A DNA stretch of 64,000 nucleotides from Botryllus schlosseri (taxonomy: Eukaryota), in the NCBI GenBank assembly GCA_051294905.1, contig CM119384.1:1178001-1242000 (forward strand). The letters are read 5' to 3'. The notes beneath the pieces were generated by a model. That model worked only from the letters and a program-made list of their open reading frames with translations, searched no databases and had not been told where the DNA came from. Each line of letters opens with the position of its first letter. Within the stretch, counting starts at the first letter, position 1. Below, piece by piece: positions 32,901 through 47,900 of this stretch. Position numbers and translations under genes: made by a program.

Positions 32901-35900
32901 ACATAGATAGACCTACTGCTCGCCAAGCAGCAACGGTCAAACTGCGTTTAACTAAGCATAACCAAACATCAATACATAAGTTACTATGTGAAACTAGGCA
33001 GAGTGGTGATTATTATCTGGCTGCGAGGTAGTGGCGTCTGGAGTGTATTGTTAACCTGATATACAGCATGGCTTACACTGTTCTAACAATCACACAACAA
33101 TGTACATCAAATATATATTTACTACGTGCGGATACTTCTTACGCAAGGACGAGCAAAGCTAATACTTCTGACGCAATAATGAGCAGTGGCGTTTGAAAAT
33201 CAACCGTTTGCACTATCAATAACCAGAGATGAGCATGGATTAGGATTAGGTTTTCAAAAAACAGGATTTGTGAAATTTTGTCGGATTTGGATTGGATTTG
33301 GATTAGACATTTTTTTCAGAACGGATTAGGATTTGGATTGGATTTACCGATTTTCTGGGAGATTGAAATGTCGTGTGGCGAATGGCGACAAACTTTATTC
33401 AGATCAGTTATTAATGTACTTATGGTTACCAAGTTATCTTGAATCAAGTGAATCGTTGGTTGTGAAAGAAAATTTTCGAATCCCTCCATTGCACAAATGG
33501 GTATTTTTTCTGAATTTCCAGTTGGAATCGGATTAGGATTGGACATGGACTTGAATATAAAAAAGTTATGGATTAGGATTTGGATTTGGATTTGAAGGTT
33601 CGGATTTGGATTGGATTAGGACATAGAAATTTCAAATCCGCTCATCTCTGTCAATAACCTGGTATAATATCCCTTCTTGTTCACGAATGTTCGGTTATGT
33701 CATATTCATTGTACAAATAAAAAAGTAATCGTTCTTTCACAAAGAAATCGATTAGATATGTGAAGTAGTCGATTACGATTACGATTACTTTGGATTTTTT
33801 TCGAATGTAATCGATTGCGATTACGATTACTTGAAAATGCTGTAATCGTCGTAATCGATTACGATTACTAATCGCGATTACCCCATGTCTGATTGTAGCA
33901 TGCCATTTCAAGGTTTGATAGCACTAACTACTATCTGCCAACTGAATTTTCTTGTTCAATTATTACCTACCGACTCGAGTAGAACCACACAGTAGTATAT
34001 CCTGCGTTAATGTTGCTATGTAAATTAGAAGAAGTTTGCTTCATCGCCGTCCATAATGTTTTCAGTGAAATTGATGCTCGAATCGCTTGGCATCACGGCA
34101 GTGTCACGCCAGGATCAGTTCGAGCGAGAAGATTCAGTGCAACTGTTTTGTCGGTAGGTGATTTTGTGATCAAACGTTATTGTAGGCCTACTTGGTCAGG
34201 TAAAGAGTGTAGTATTGTTGCGAAGATGGGTGGTCCGTGTATGACTGTATGTGCAGTAGGGCGGTTCAAAAATAACATTTTTTCCTTAATCTTGCGGGCT
34301 ACATGATTAAATCGTCAGGTTACCTTAAAAAACGACGCACACCAAATTTGAATTCATTCCAACCAATATTCGCGGTTTACGTAGAGTTTGAAAATTTTGA
34401 ATTTGCCCAGAAACGCAAAAAATTTTTTTTTCAAATTTTTCTGCTAACCCCATGAAATTGTTGGGCTGTCTTCAAAGACTATGCAAAACAAATTTGACTC
34501 AATTCCAAGCCGTAGAAGCGGAGTTATTCCAGTTTTTCGATGAAAATTCTTGGATCATCCCCCGATCGAGGATAATCCCAGAATTATCGAAGAAAAACTG
34601 ATATAACTCCACTTCTACTGCTTAGAATTGAGTCAAATTTGTTTTGCATAGTCTTTGAAGACAGCCCAACAATTTCATGGGGTTAGCAGAAAAATATGAA
34701 AAAAAAAATGTTTTGCGTTTCTGGGCAAATTCAAAATTTTCAAACTCTACGTAAACCGCGAATATTGGTTGGAATGAATTCAAATTTGGTGTGCGTCGTT
34801 TTTTAAGGTAACCTGACGATTTAATCATGTAGCCCGCAAGATTAAGGAAAAAATGTTATTTTTGAACCGCCCTAATGTGCAGTGTGTGCCTCCTGTTAGC
34901 GTAATAATGACTTTTAATACATAAATTTTTATTAATCCTACCTACTCAACTACTCGTAAGGGAAAATTTATTTCAAAATTTACATTTTCAAAGCAGTGCT
35001 TTTTTTAATTACACACAGTCAGCACACTACAATCCGATTTGGAAATAGTCACACCAGTGAGAAACTACTATTCGCTAATTTCATATGTAGGGTATCTGTT
35101 GGTGTCCATAGAATATATAATTACAATTACTCACCTGGTTCCAATGGCTCAGTGAAGGTTTGGACGAAATTTTCATTGGTATACTACATGACAGACTCTT
35201 ACTGAATTCATTGTGTTTACATTAGAAGCTCAATAGATTTGGCACAAGGAACTATAACCTATTAACTGCACAACTGGTGTGAAAATGATGTGGTTGACTT
35301 TGCGGGTTAGCGAGCTGGTATTTGTCAAGCGCAGCGAATTGTGTCTCACAAGTGTTAAGTAACAATGTGTGCTGAAACTGCTAAAATATGTCTATGCTGA
35401 ATATAGTTAGTAGATAATATTGCAGTGGTTATTGCTTACTTACTAGATCCTAACATAACTGGTGCAGAGATAGTATGAAAACTTCCTTAAAATTGATCAT
35501 TCATTTTTGTTGCTGAAACCATTTGTGGTTGTGAATGTGCAATTGTGCATTGTGTATTGCTCATTGAAATGTCATTTCCGCATTCATGTGAATGACATCA
35601 CACTTTTTGTAATAATCACCCATAAAATGGTGCCCAACTTTCCCATATTCTCTACTTTCTGTTCTTTTTTTAAAATGTTGATTGTCACGTTACTGTTGAG
35701 TCAACTTTTGCGAGTTGTTGATAAAAGGAAGGCATTGACCATGATTTACAGTTCGAGAATTGATAAAAAGTACTCATACAATGCTGTGTAGGGGTATACT
35801 AGCAACAGTAGTCACCTCTGTGAAGCACTGGACAATAGGCAGTTGTAAATGAGCGACGTCACACTATGCTGGCTGTATAAAAGATTCATTCATGCTGATG

Positions 35901-38900
35901 TGATATGGCAGGATTGAATACGATATGAGGATATTGATTCACTCCTGCATCCTTTTGATCCGTTTCAATATACTGCTAGACTAGTTGAAATTTGACCTTC
36001 CTCATGACAAGACTAATGCTTTTAACCTCTCTGCAAATTTCAATTTCGGTGTATTGAGACATGTAGATTAATTTCCAATTTTCATACTGCCAGATGATCG
36101 TAAATATTTCTACTTTTCGAAATGGAACTTGAGCGTTTGTGTCATAATTGCTGGATACTGATTATCCTGTACAAAAATATTTGGAGAATTGAGACGTTTT
36201 CAATACCACGTGGTGATTGGGTTGTAACTAACGAGGAGATCTGATATTCGAGTATTTTCCCATGGATTATTTCCACAGATTTGGTGCAATTGTACGTCCG
36301 GCAATACTGCGCAGGCCTAAAAATAAAGTTTCTCTGCATTCTTAATGATCGACGCCAGTCCATTTCCAAAAACTAATAACTAGCATTTATGCAAACAAAG
36401 TTGATCACTTCATTTGTTTCGAAGAAGGATTTTACGACCAATCTGTAGGCCTATCATAAAGTTCTAATGTCCATTCTGACGATTGTGAATTAAAGTTTTT
36501 ATTATAAGAGCTTCTTGGAGGTACAGAACTTCAATATACAATTAAATAGTTTTTATTGTGTTGCTCTGACTCTCAGATATGCCATCTGCCTAATTAGCCC
36601 AACACTCGATCCATAATAGCTCATGGAATTCAGTTATTTGCTGTGTTTTATCGGATGAAACGACTTATTTTCCACCTGTTTCAAAGCTTTGAAAATGGAT
36701 TAAACTTAGATTCGGCACTCGTTAGAATATTGAATGGAAAATTTTATTCATATTGAAATATTCCCGAATATGTTCGGCTAACACTCGTCAGGGGTAATCG
36801 CCCGCATATTTCAAAAGAACTTTGTATATCAAATGTGACGTCACAGATGGCAAATAATGGAGAATGATTCTCCCTTGAAATCCCCTAAAACTATTATGAG
36901 GATATATATTGTGGTATGCCCTTTCTATTTTCCATTATATTCTTTATATATTTTAATATCTGTTTTCTTATTATAATTATTTCCTATCAGATATGGTATT
37001 TATCCATTGAACTGTGTTCTATGTTATTACAGTCACCCTCGAGTGCAACATCCAAGTCAACCTCCAGACTCTATCAACTAAAAAAGGTACGCCTATTTTT
37101 TATTCACATCTGCGGCTTTTGTTACGTGGTTTGCTTAACGGCCACTAATATCGATGTATTATCTATAGGAGGAAAGTTTGGAAGGTATTCAGCACAAGGA
37201 AACTGCCCATGAAAGGTAACCGTTTTCTATTTCTGCTTATGCACTGGTAGGCTACGGACTTTTACAAAGAACTGTACTCTCTGTCAGAATTGGTCAACGG
37301 GAAAAGTTTCAGCTTACAGTTTTTTCAAAACTGGATAAGTAGTAGAATTAATGAATTTGCAAAAACGTGGAAATTGCATTAAATTCCAAATCGCAAAGAA
37401 ATACAACAAAAATCAAGTTATTTCAAATCAAATCAGAGTTTATATTCGTACTATACAGTTCTGCTGTAGCATTTTCAGCAAAACCAGAAATTAGATTCGA
37501 ATTAAAATGAGATCATCGAAATATTTCACAAATTAGATTATAATTAGATTACTGACATTTCACTGTCCAAGTCTGCTCTCTGAGCATGTTGAAATATGTG
37601 TGGTATCTATGAACCGATTTCAACTGTTGTAAATACTGTGACCCACAAACTCCTTTGTTGGATGTTTAACACTGTAACACGTAACAGGTCACATGTTGAT
37701 GACTTTGTAAGTTAACCTAAGTATAAACCCCTGGGCATTTTCCCTGTTATCTTCAGAAACCCTCAAGTACATGCAAACTAAAGATCCTTGTCCAGTCGTT
37801 AGTTAAAAAATCAACTTGCTGTCCATTTGATGTGGTCGAAATAGCTGATATATGTGTGTGTCTGCAGTCTGCTAATTCCTCTAGGTACCATATTATGCTG
37901 AATTGTCAATACCTTTAATGGGAAAACCGTCATGCAACATGTTCATCTTTTATTACAGAGAGGTGCAGACTTCTATACTAATAAATCACACTTGTGAAGA
38001 ATTATCTTTGGTGAGTTGATCTATTGACTTGTATGGGGATATGTAGTTTCTGTTTTATGTATTATTTGACTGTTTGATAATGATCCTCTAGCACTTGTGA
38101 TATCTAGTATATACTTAATACTACTCTGCTCTTATATTGAAGTAATAAAGACTTCTTTAATTACTGGTGATAGACGTACACCAGAATCTTCCAGGCCTGG
38201 TTTAACAACCTTGCTTAGCCGATGATGTCAGCTACAAGATTATATCAGTAATTTTTGAGTAGTGGTTACTTACTGTGAGATGTTCACGTAAGGTAAACCT
38301 TTTATTAGTGACCTATATTGGCTTATTTAAAGGGGGCACTGCACTCTAAATATGGTGTGGTCTCAAATGAGCGTGGAATGGGGATAGTTGGAATTTTCAT
38401 TTAGCAGCAGTTCCTTTACAGTGGCTTTCTGAAGAAAATGGTTGCGGCCACAAATTTTCTCCCGATTTAAACTTTAATTTGAGAACACATCATGTTTAGA
38501 GTGCAGTGCACCTTTAAATGTCTAGTTTACCAAGGGTGGGGTTCTTTCACCCTTTCGCACGGTTGATTCTGTTACCAATCATTTATGAATATCGCCAATA
38601 CTTGCCGAATAGAATATTTGCTTTTCAAATTTTTTCACATTTATTAATGTTGATCAAGCATCACATTTTCAACCTGGCTTCCATTGTCCACAAACCATTG
38701 CGCTGTGCATACTGCTGCTAATCATCTTCAACTATTCAAGTTTGTAATCTTTAATCCGGAAACTGTCTCGTTCAAATTTGCTCACAGAGTTAAAGACAAA
38801 TATGTGGAAAATCGTTGGTTGGATGAGATCATTGGACATGCGTGCATCACTGATTACTATAATACCATGGGGATAAATTAAGCAAGGATATGTTTATCTG

Positions 38901-41900
38901 AATCATCAGCTTCAGACATACAGTACTGGACTGGGCCGGATGAAAACAGATATATATACAGTATACACTCAGGAATCAGTGTCAGCCTAAACTCTACTGA
39001 TAATATTCATTTGTTTATTACATGTATTTTTTAATCACCTCAAGCATGTAACACATACAATAGCATTGCCTTCTGAATTTTATGATGATAATCGTAAAAG
39101 GCATTCGTTTGTTTGAGAGAGACACGATCTTAAAAAAGTTGGATGGTTGTGCTCCTAAAATGAGGACTTCCCAAAATTATTCGCCTAATTGATAATATAA
39201 AAATGTGAGACATTAAATAGAGTGTTTACGCCAAATGTTGTTGGTAGGCCTTCACGGGCCGTGGCCGTGTGGGTATATAGTAATATCCGCAGTTGTAAAC
39301 TAGAAAATTTTTAGCTTCGCCAAATTAGATTAGAATTAGAATAATTGAATTCGCAAAACTTGGAATTTGAATTAAATTTCGAATCAAAAAGAAATATCCT
39401 GCAACAAAAATAAAGTTCAGCTTCTTTCAAATCAGAAATTGTTCTCATAAGCATAAGAATGGCAAATGTCTGTACACAAAGGTTGGCTATTTTCGCACAA
39501 TACAATTCTCCTGTAGCGATTTGAGATTAGAATTAAAATTAGAGTATAGATACACTTTACAAATTAGATTTGAACTGGATCACAACCATTCCGCTCTAAT
39601 TAGTGTAATCAGGAAACAAGTCTGAACGGGATATATTGAATGCATTAGCGAAATGTCAAGTGTTCAATCCATCCTTATGTGAATTTTCAATTATTAGTCT
39701 GTATGTAAAACATTACTTGGTAAACCGACTAGCTCGTCACCATCTTCAGGAATAAAGCTTATTTTGCCGATTGCCAACAATTTGACAGCAAATAAATCGA
39801 TAAAGTTTTGATATATTGTTATAGTGAAGGTGTCATGACCTCTAAAATGTTGCCGTGCCAATGTCCGATGTCGTAGCTCTTGATATCGTTTTGCGGCACA
39901 CCGATAGCTATTTGCCAGCGCTTGTATGGATTTTTCATTGCATAAATTGTGTATTTTGTGGCCCTTTCGAGGGAAGATCATCTTGCTCACGTTACTCGTG
40001 TTGAAAGGGTATTAGGTGTATTGTTACTCGCACGCGTACAACGCGGCTATTGTATATGCTTTTCGGCTTAAGTGTGCTTATGTTCAAAGATTTTCAATTG
40101 CCTGGAAGTATTTAGTGCCTATCTGTTGTGTGGAATGCTCCATACGAAAGTAATTCTCGCCATTGGCAGGTTCTTAAGTGTTGAAACGATCCCTCGTTGT
40201 ATAATCTTATTACATTCTGCACTAATGCATAGTAGGGTTGTTCAAAAATAACTTTTTTTCCGGATTCCGGGGATTCACTGATCAAATTGATGGGTTGCCT
40301 GAGAAAACGCTGCACACCAAATTTTGCTCGATTCCAACTGGTAGATGTGAAGCCACAGGAGTTTTAAAATTTTGTGTTAACTCTTTTTCAACAACCCTAT
40401 TGCACGGTTAAAGATGAATAGGCTATGATGGAGATAGATATTGTTGATTGAAGAGATTTTGCTGATAATGATCACACTTGGGTCTGATCAAGTTTGTGCT
40501 TACATCTACAAACCGCTCATGTAAACTGAGACTAGCATTCGAAATCTCTATGCAACGTGGTGTTTAGCACTAATACATTCTCAATTGAAAATGAATCATA
40601 AATTATTATTGAATAACATATTCATAATGAAATGAACCCCTGCATATTTTATTCAAAAGAATATATGGAATTGGAGCAATCACCTTATTGCTATTATGCA
40701 GTTTGCAGTTCTTCCATAGCACTCTATGTCATCATAGATAATGATATTTGTCATGCTCTGTTAGATCTTGGGTTATTCCTTTATAACTCAACTGGAAAGA
40801 TATAGTTGATTCATCAGTTTTATTTTTTACCTTTTCTTTTGAATATATCCGTTTTAATCCAATCAGTTTTCAATTTTTAGTCTATTTTCAGAGCATGATT
40901 AGAGTTGCTCTCAAAAAGGAATTGGAAAAGTGGGAGATTGGAAAAATAGCCTGGGGGAACTGATAGAGGTTTTAAATTATTCATATTGAAATAAACTGAG
41001 GAGTGTTGATTAAAGATAGGATGGGTTTTAAGCCGGTGTTGCTTAATTCAATTGGTGTGTCATTTCCTGCCGGTTTCATTGATAAAGATTCAGTGATATG
41101 ATGGGAAATTTTCATGAAAATCCACTGGTCTAAAGTATAGCTCTGTAGCTTTATGCTGTTCGGCAAAGTTCACAGATTTGGTATCTTTTTTTATAATGCA
41201 AAACTTCTGAATGACGTATTCTTGTCCACCACAGATTAACAATTAAACACAACCACACAATTAAGCACATGCACGTAGGTAAAACACAGCCCCTCGGGCT
41301 GCACACTGTAATAGATATCTGCTAATAATTTTTAAAAAATTTCTCGCAAATTAGTTCTGTAATGTTAGATGAATACTTCTTCAAAATTTGGGGGACGGTG
41401 AAAAAAGATTTTGTTAGCTCTAAAAAATGGACAGAATTTGGAGCATTATTTCAGTTCAGTGTGTTGTAATATACTGTAAATAAATTAATAGTCACTCCAG
41501 TCAGAAATACAAATGCATACAAAAATAATTATGTGTTTGGCCTGATTGTGCCGAAAATGTGAATCTGCCATTTCATTGGCACTTGGTAGTGTGACTTTAC
41601 GGCTATGTAATCCAGCATGTGTCGCATGATACTCTTTTTTATTCATGTGTTCATTATATTTACAGATCTTATCTAAATATGTTGTTGATAAACTAGCTTA
41701 ATGGCACCTGTGGTACAGTTGATGTAAGGCTAAGTGTTTCATTCAACTGACTACAGATCTTATATAAATAAGAAATGTTGTCTCTAAACTGACTTGATGC
41801 AGTGACACCTAGATGGTACAATAATGTAAAGCAATGTGTATATGTATTTCATTTAATTGACTACAGATCTTATCCGAATATTCACTCACTAAACTAGCTT

Positions 41901-44900
41901 GATTTATTGGATTCGCTGATTAAATTTCAAATTTTACTGTTAACCCCATGAAATTATCAAGTTGACTAAAAGAGCGAGGATTAACAATTTTTGCTCACTT
42001 CCAACTTGAAGCGAAGTTATTGCAGTGGAAAATCTTCGCAAAAATAACCTGGACAATGGGTAATCCTAGAATTATCAATGAAAAACCAAAATGACTTCGT
42101 ATCTACGAGTCGGAATTGTGTCAAATTTTTTGTTATATAAATACAAAATGTTCAAACTCCTGTGCGTTCACATCTACCAGTTGGAATCGAGCCAAATTTG
42201 GTGTGCAGCATTTTTTAGGCTACCTAACAATTCAATCAGTGAAACCCCGGAATCCCGGAAGAAAAGTTAATTTTGAACAACCATTTCAAGTCATGTATTT
42301 CATTCAATTGACTACCGTGGTCTTGGTGCGACCTATCTTTGTCAATTCAACTGCAGATTACTTAGCTTTCTCAGGCCATCAATTTAAACACTTTGGTACC
42401 ACTATAATACCCACTCTAACTTATCTGCGTGTTTTATCAAGGATATGAATCTATCTTCAATCAGGACATTGCAGTCCCATGGGGCTGTAAATCGATGCAG
42501 TTAATGGTACCAATAGCTATGAGCTGGTTATAAAGATCATGTTGACTCAATTGAGCACTATCTGATTGAAAACAGATATTCTGTTATATTGAGTGATATT
42601 CTGCCTGATACTTTAATAGTATAGCTTTCATTCATTTTGTGTAATCATGAGGACAATCTACCAGCTCATGATAACCAACGGTGTGAGAATTAGCATCTGG
42701 TAAAAGTGACAGTTATTCTATCAATGGTACACTCTACAGGACTTCATGTCTCAAGACCCAGAAATATTTCATCTTTTAGCGCTACTGTAGACTTATATAT
42801 ATTTATTAGGGCTGTTCAAAAATAACCTTTTACTGGCTACTTGATAAAATTGTTAGGTTACCTGAAAAAAACGCTGTACACCAATTTGAGCTCAATTCCA
42901 ACCAGTGGAAGCGAAGTCATTAGAGTACAAAATTTAGGATTTGAAAAAAGTAGTATTTGCGGTGGCATAATAGATCCACGTCATCCACCCACCGTAAATA
43001 CTATATTTATAACGTCAATAGCTTCGCTTCTACTGGTTGGAATTAACCCAAATTTGTTGTGCATCGTTTTTTCAGACAGATTAACAATTTCATGGGTTAG
43101 CCAGTAAAATGTAAAAAATTTTACATGGTATTTATTTTATTAAATAAATTCAAAATTTGTATTAGGTAACCTAACAATTTTAGCAAGTAGCCAGTAGACT
43201 TAGTGATTTTCTCTGTGTGACTAGGAATATGTTTTGCCTTTGCGCAATGCGCATTATGTGACCAGTAGTCGCATTGCAGATGCATTGGTCTGAAATATAA
43301 TTTTGTCAAGATGTATGTAGTCATTAAATTCTAGTGAATCTTCTCTGCAAATTGATCATGATTTCTTGATAGTAGCTCATGTCAAAAACTGTTTAATACC
43401 TCGTTCTCCTGAAGGTATCCCTTGTCTGTACAATTTTGGTTTGAAATATGTGCTGTATACAAAATGATATGTGATTGATCTGTGCTGTCTTCTCAATTGT
43501 TATGCATCATGTCATTCTACATATCAAATAATTAGGTCGTTTTGAGATGGAAAAGTAATCACTAATCACAATACTGTAAGATAGAGGTTTGGTGAAAAAT
43601 GATATTTGCTCTCTTGCATAATATGATGTCCGTTAAGTCAAGTTGGTTGAGATTGACCGCTTATGCTATGGTAGGGTGGAGTGAAAAATGGAAAATTTTG
43701 AATTTCAAAACGGACACTTGATATGTGGTGCCAAATTAAAAAAAAATAATTCCTATAATAATTTTGGGCTCGTGCACCCTCTAGTGGTCGTGCAATTGCA
43801 CCGAACGAGCCAAAAATAGCTAATTTCGCTATATATTGATTACCGCTTCCGCTAGAACGCTGATTGTGGGCTCAAAAGATGCGGAAGCAACAAGTTTCTA
43901 TCTCACTTCCACAGAACTTTGTCTTAAAAATCTTCAGAAAAAAAGTTACGAGCAAATTATTGGTTTTTAGGCCATTTTTCGGTAAAATTACGCACTGAAG
44001 CAGGGTACGAGGCCAAAAGCGTTTAGTGATCGATCTTATGACTGACAACTCCATATTGGAAACACATAAATTGCTAAATCATATTGAAAACACAAAACCA
44101 TCAATTCTCTATGGAAAAAAGATATATTTCGAAGATGGTTTCACTACCAGAGTAGCCTACTAGTCTGCACAAACTTTGAAATCTTGTTTCATATTAAAGG
44201 ATTCCATCTGTTTTTGATACTTCAGTTTTTCTCTGATTAAGCCATCTCTACGGTTAAATCCCGACACATGGGCAGATGCTTTGGTCACCACTTTAACGGC
44301 TCTTTCCACTGCCTGGTTGTGCCAAGGATGTTTGAGGAGATGACCTTAGATTTTCCATCTCGAGACATGGCGAGTTTTTGATTGCTGGTGGCTGCTGGTC
44401 TCGTTTCATTAACATATCCTCCTACAAAGTCGCTAATTGGAATCTGGTATTCTGTTTGATCTGCTCATAGTTGTAATCTTGCAAGTCTTCCGAGACCTTC
44501 ATCATCATCACCGAGCATTCCCATAAAACATTATCCGGATGTGCAAAATGTGCTTTTCGTTGTAGCAAAGGTAGTGCAAGGTTGCGAATTCGTGTATCAG
44601 AAAGCTTTGTAATGTGGGAAACTATGCTGCACAAGTTTTAGCACCATCAACAATGGAATTGTGCCTTTTTTTTCAAACCATGACGGAAAATAAAACTCCA
44701 TGCAGAATTAAGCAAGATAGTTCAGATTGCTTGATGTATGACTCTGTCGCACATGTATGCTATGTATAGGACCTCAAAATTTGACATGTTCTATGTGGGA
44801 CAGAGTCATCCATCAGGCAATCTGAACTATCTTACTCAATTCTGCATGGACGTTTATTTTCCGTCATGGTTTGAAATAAAAAGGCCCAATTCCATTGTTG

Positions 44901-47900
44901 AGGGTGCTAAAAACTTCTGCAACATAGCTTCCCATGTTACAAAAGCTTTCTAATACACAATTCGTAACCTTGTACTATCTTTGCTACAACAAAATGCATG
45001 TTTTGCACATCTGGGAATGCTCGGTGATGATGATGAAGGCCTCAGACTTGCAAAACTACAACTATGAGCAGATCAAACAGAATATCAGATTCCAATTGAC
45101 GACTTAGGAGGATATGTTAATGAACCGAAACCTAAAAACAACGTTGACACTAGAATCACATTGTTCAAAATCCCAATTATAAACATCAATGCCAAATCAT
45201 ACCACCAAACTGTCAACTTGCATCTAAAAGATGCGGAACAGCCACCAGCAATCAAAAACTAAAAGATGCAGAACAGCCACCAGCAATCAAAAAAACTTTT
45301 CATATCTCGAGCTGGAAAATCTAAGGTCATGACAATTAGTGATAAATCATCCTTGGCACAATCAGGCAGTGGAAACAGACGTTAAAGTGGTGACCGAAGC
45401 ATATGCCCATTGCCCATGTGTCGGGATTTGAACGTAGAGATGGCCTCATCACACAAAAACTGAAATCTCGAAAGCAGATGTAATCCTTTATTACGAAACA
45501 AAATTTTAAAGTTTGTGCATACTAATACTCTGGCAGTGAAACCATATTTGAAATATATCTTTTTTATTATAGAATTGATGTTTTAGTGTTTTCAATATGA
45601 AAGTGCAATTTATGTGCTTTTAATAAGGAGTTGTCAGTCATAAGATCAATCACTACAAGCTTTTGGCATCATAGCCCCTGCTTCAGTGCCTAATTTTACC
45701 TAAAAACAGCCTAAAAATCAATAATTTGCTTGTAACTTTTTTTCTGTTCATTTTTAAGACAAAGTTCTGTGGAAGTGAAATAGAAACTTGTTGCTTCCGC
45801 ATCTTTTAAGCCCAAAACCAGCTTTCCAGCATAAGCGGTAATCAATATATAGCAAAATTGGCTATTTTTGGCTCATTCGGTGCAATTGCACGACCACTAG
45901 AGGGTGCACGAGCGCAAAATTATTATAGAAATTATTTTTTTTCAATTTGGCACCACATATCAAGTGTCCGTTTTGAAATTCAAAATTTTCCATTTTTCAC
46001 TCCACCCTAATGCTATGGTGAAGCAACATCAACCATTAGGCCTACTGACAATGACACCAAATATAAATTAGTCATCTTGGAAAGCCTATGATACATGAAT
46101 TAGTTTTTTGGATTTGGGTGCTCTTGGTACTATTTTGAGTTTTTTTTTCAAATAACGAAAGCATGGGCAGTGGGCACTTCAGCAACACATAATTGCAATA
46201 ATAGTCTTTTAACCATACCAAAAGAGTATGTGGATAATTGAAACTAATAAAGGTGGCTCTTGAAGTAGTCATATCCTTTCAGCTGGCGCGGAAGTGTAGA
46301 GCTGTTTATATCGGAGTTTGGTAACTAGAAAATTTTCAGATTTTCGAAATGTGATTAGAATCAGTATTAGGCTACTGAATTCGCAAAAAACTTGGAAATG
46401 GATTTAATTTTCCGAAAGAAATACCTACAACAAAAATCAACTTCAGTTCGTAACAAATCATAAATAATTCTCATGAACATGAGAACGGCCAATGTCTGTA
46501 CACCGAGCTTGACTCGACTAGAGCTATCTACTTATCTGAGTCTGGTTGTATGCTAATGATTGTCAATGATTGATTGTCAACTATCTCTTTCCAGTCTGAT
46601 GGCACAATCGGCTCAATATCTGGGAGCGGGGACGGACCTCATCTACAGACTCCACTGTCCGATCAAACCATGCCCCGGTCTCCGTTGCCTGCAACTAATC
46701 CTGTTTCAGTGCCATGTAAGTTATTTTTCTTAGTAAGTGCTACTGTACTGTGCAAGGTCCATGTATATTGGACAATATGTGGAAAAAGGGGCAGTTTTCT
46801 GCTAAAGGGAGTTGAAGGTCACTGAGAACGGGTAATTTTTGGTACAGGATTAGGGTTACTATTTGAGTTATGACGTCCCATGCTCAATTGTAGTTTTTCA
46901 TTGTGTCACACGTTCGAGTCGGGGAAACCCACTTTTAATTACATGTATGCCTATTGCCTACTATCAAGGATCGATTGAGTTCTTATAGTTTATATGTTTT
47001 TTTCCTGATGTGGAAGCAAATGCTGTAAAGTGGAAATTATATTTCTGTGAAGTGGTCCAATGAAGTAGGTATGGTTCAATCAGAGATTTTCTGATGACTC
47101 GACTTGACTCGAGTCATTTTTTCAAAATAGGGAAATGACTCGAGTCATTGCGCATGACTCGAACCAAGTCATATGACTCGAGACTCAGACGGCCAAGACC
47201 GACATTTCATTGTAATTTCAAAGAATAGTTACGAAACCACATTATGGTGGTTTCGTCTATTGGTGCTGGTACTTGAAAATGCCACCAGACACTGCTAAAA
47301 GTGAGGCAAATTAGTATGTTATATGCGAACCATTCGATATCACCAAACAGACTTATGAAAAGTAGGTTTAATAAGGCTTTAACTGGAAACTAAGCAGTCA
47401 ACACAATGACTTGGACTCGGACTCGAGTCATAATACCGTGACACGGACTCGACCGTCTGCTCGCCGACTTGGACTCTGACTTGACTCGAGTCAAAACTAT
47501 AAAAGTGAGATTGACTTGTGACTCAGAGCCTTGTTACTTGGTTACAACCCTGGGTTGAAAAAAAACAACTTATCTTTACGTGGCGCAGAAATGGCATTGT
47601 ATCTTTGTGGTCGCACAAATTTACCTCTTGTAACGTCATGAGTAATAATTTAATACTCGAAATCGAATGACTCAAGCACTCGATTTTGCCCAGCCTTATG
47701 TTTCCTCCTTTTCAATCGTGTGTGCCGAATGTTTTTGACATGTTCTTGTGTTTTTCAGATGGTAACAAGTCAAGTTCAAATCGGGCGATCGATTTCTCCA
47801 CAACCAATCCGCAACGAGCCCACCATTCATCAGGGGGAGGCGTACCGTCGCCCTTGACGATATCGACGGGCCCCCTCAATCTATCACCCCTACCTCCCTC

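Larger units (their letters stand above)
31246..33891. mobile_element. Composite hAT-type element with (CGATTA)n subterminal repeats, carrying nested MITEs
   Basis: TIR CAGACATGGGG / CCCCATGTCTG; TSD ATTGTAGC at 31238-31245 and 33892-33899. Confidence 0.85.
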
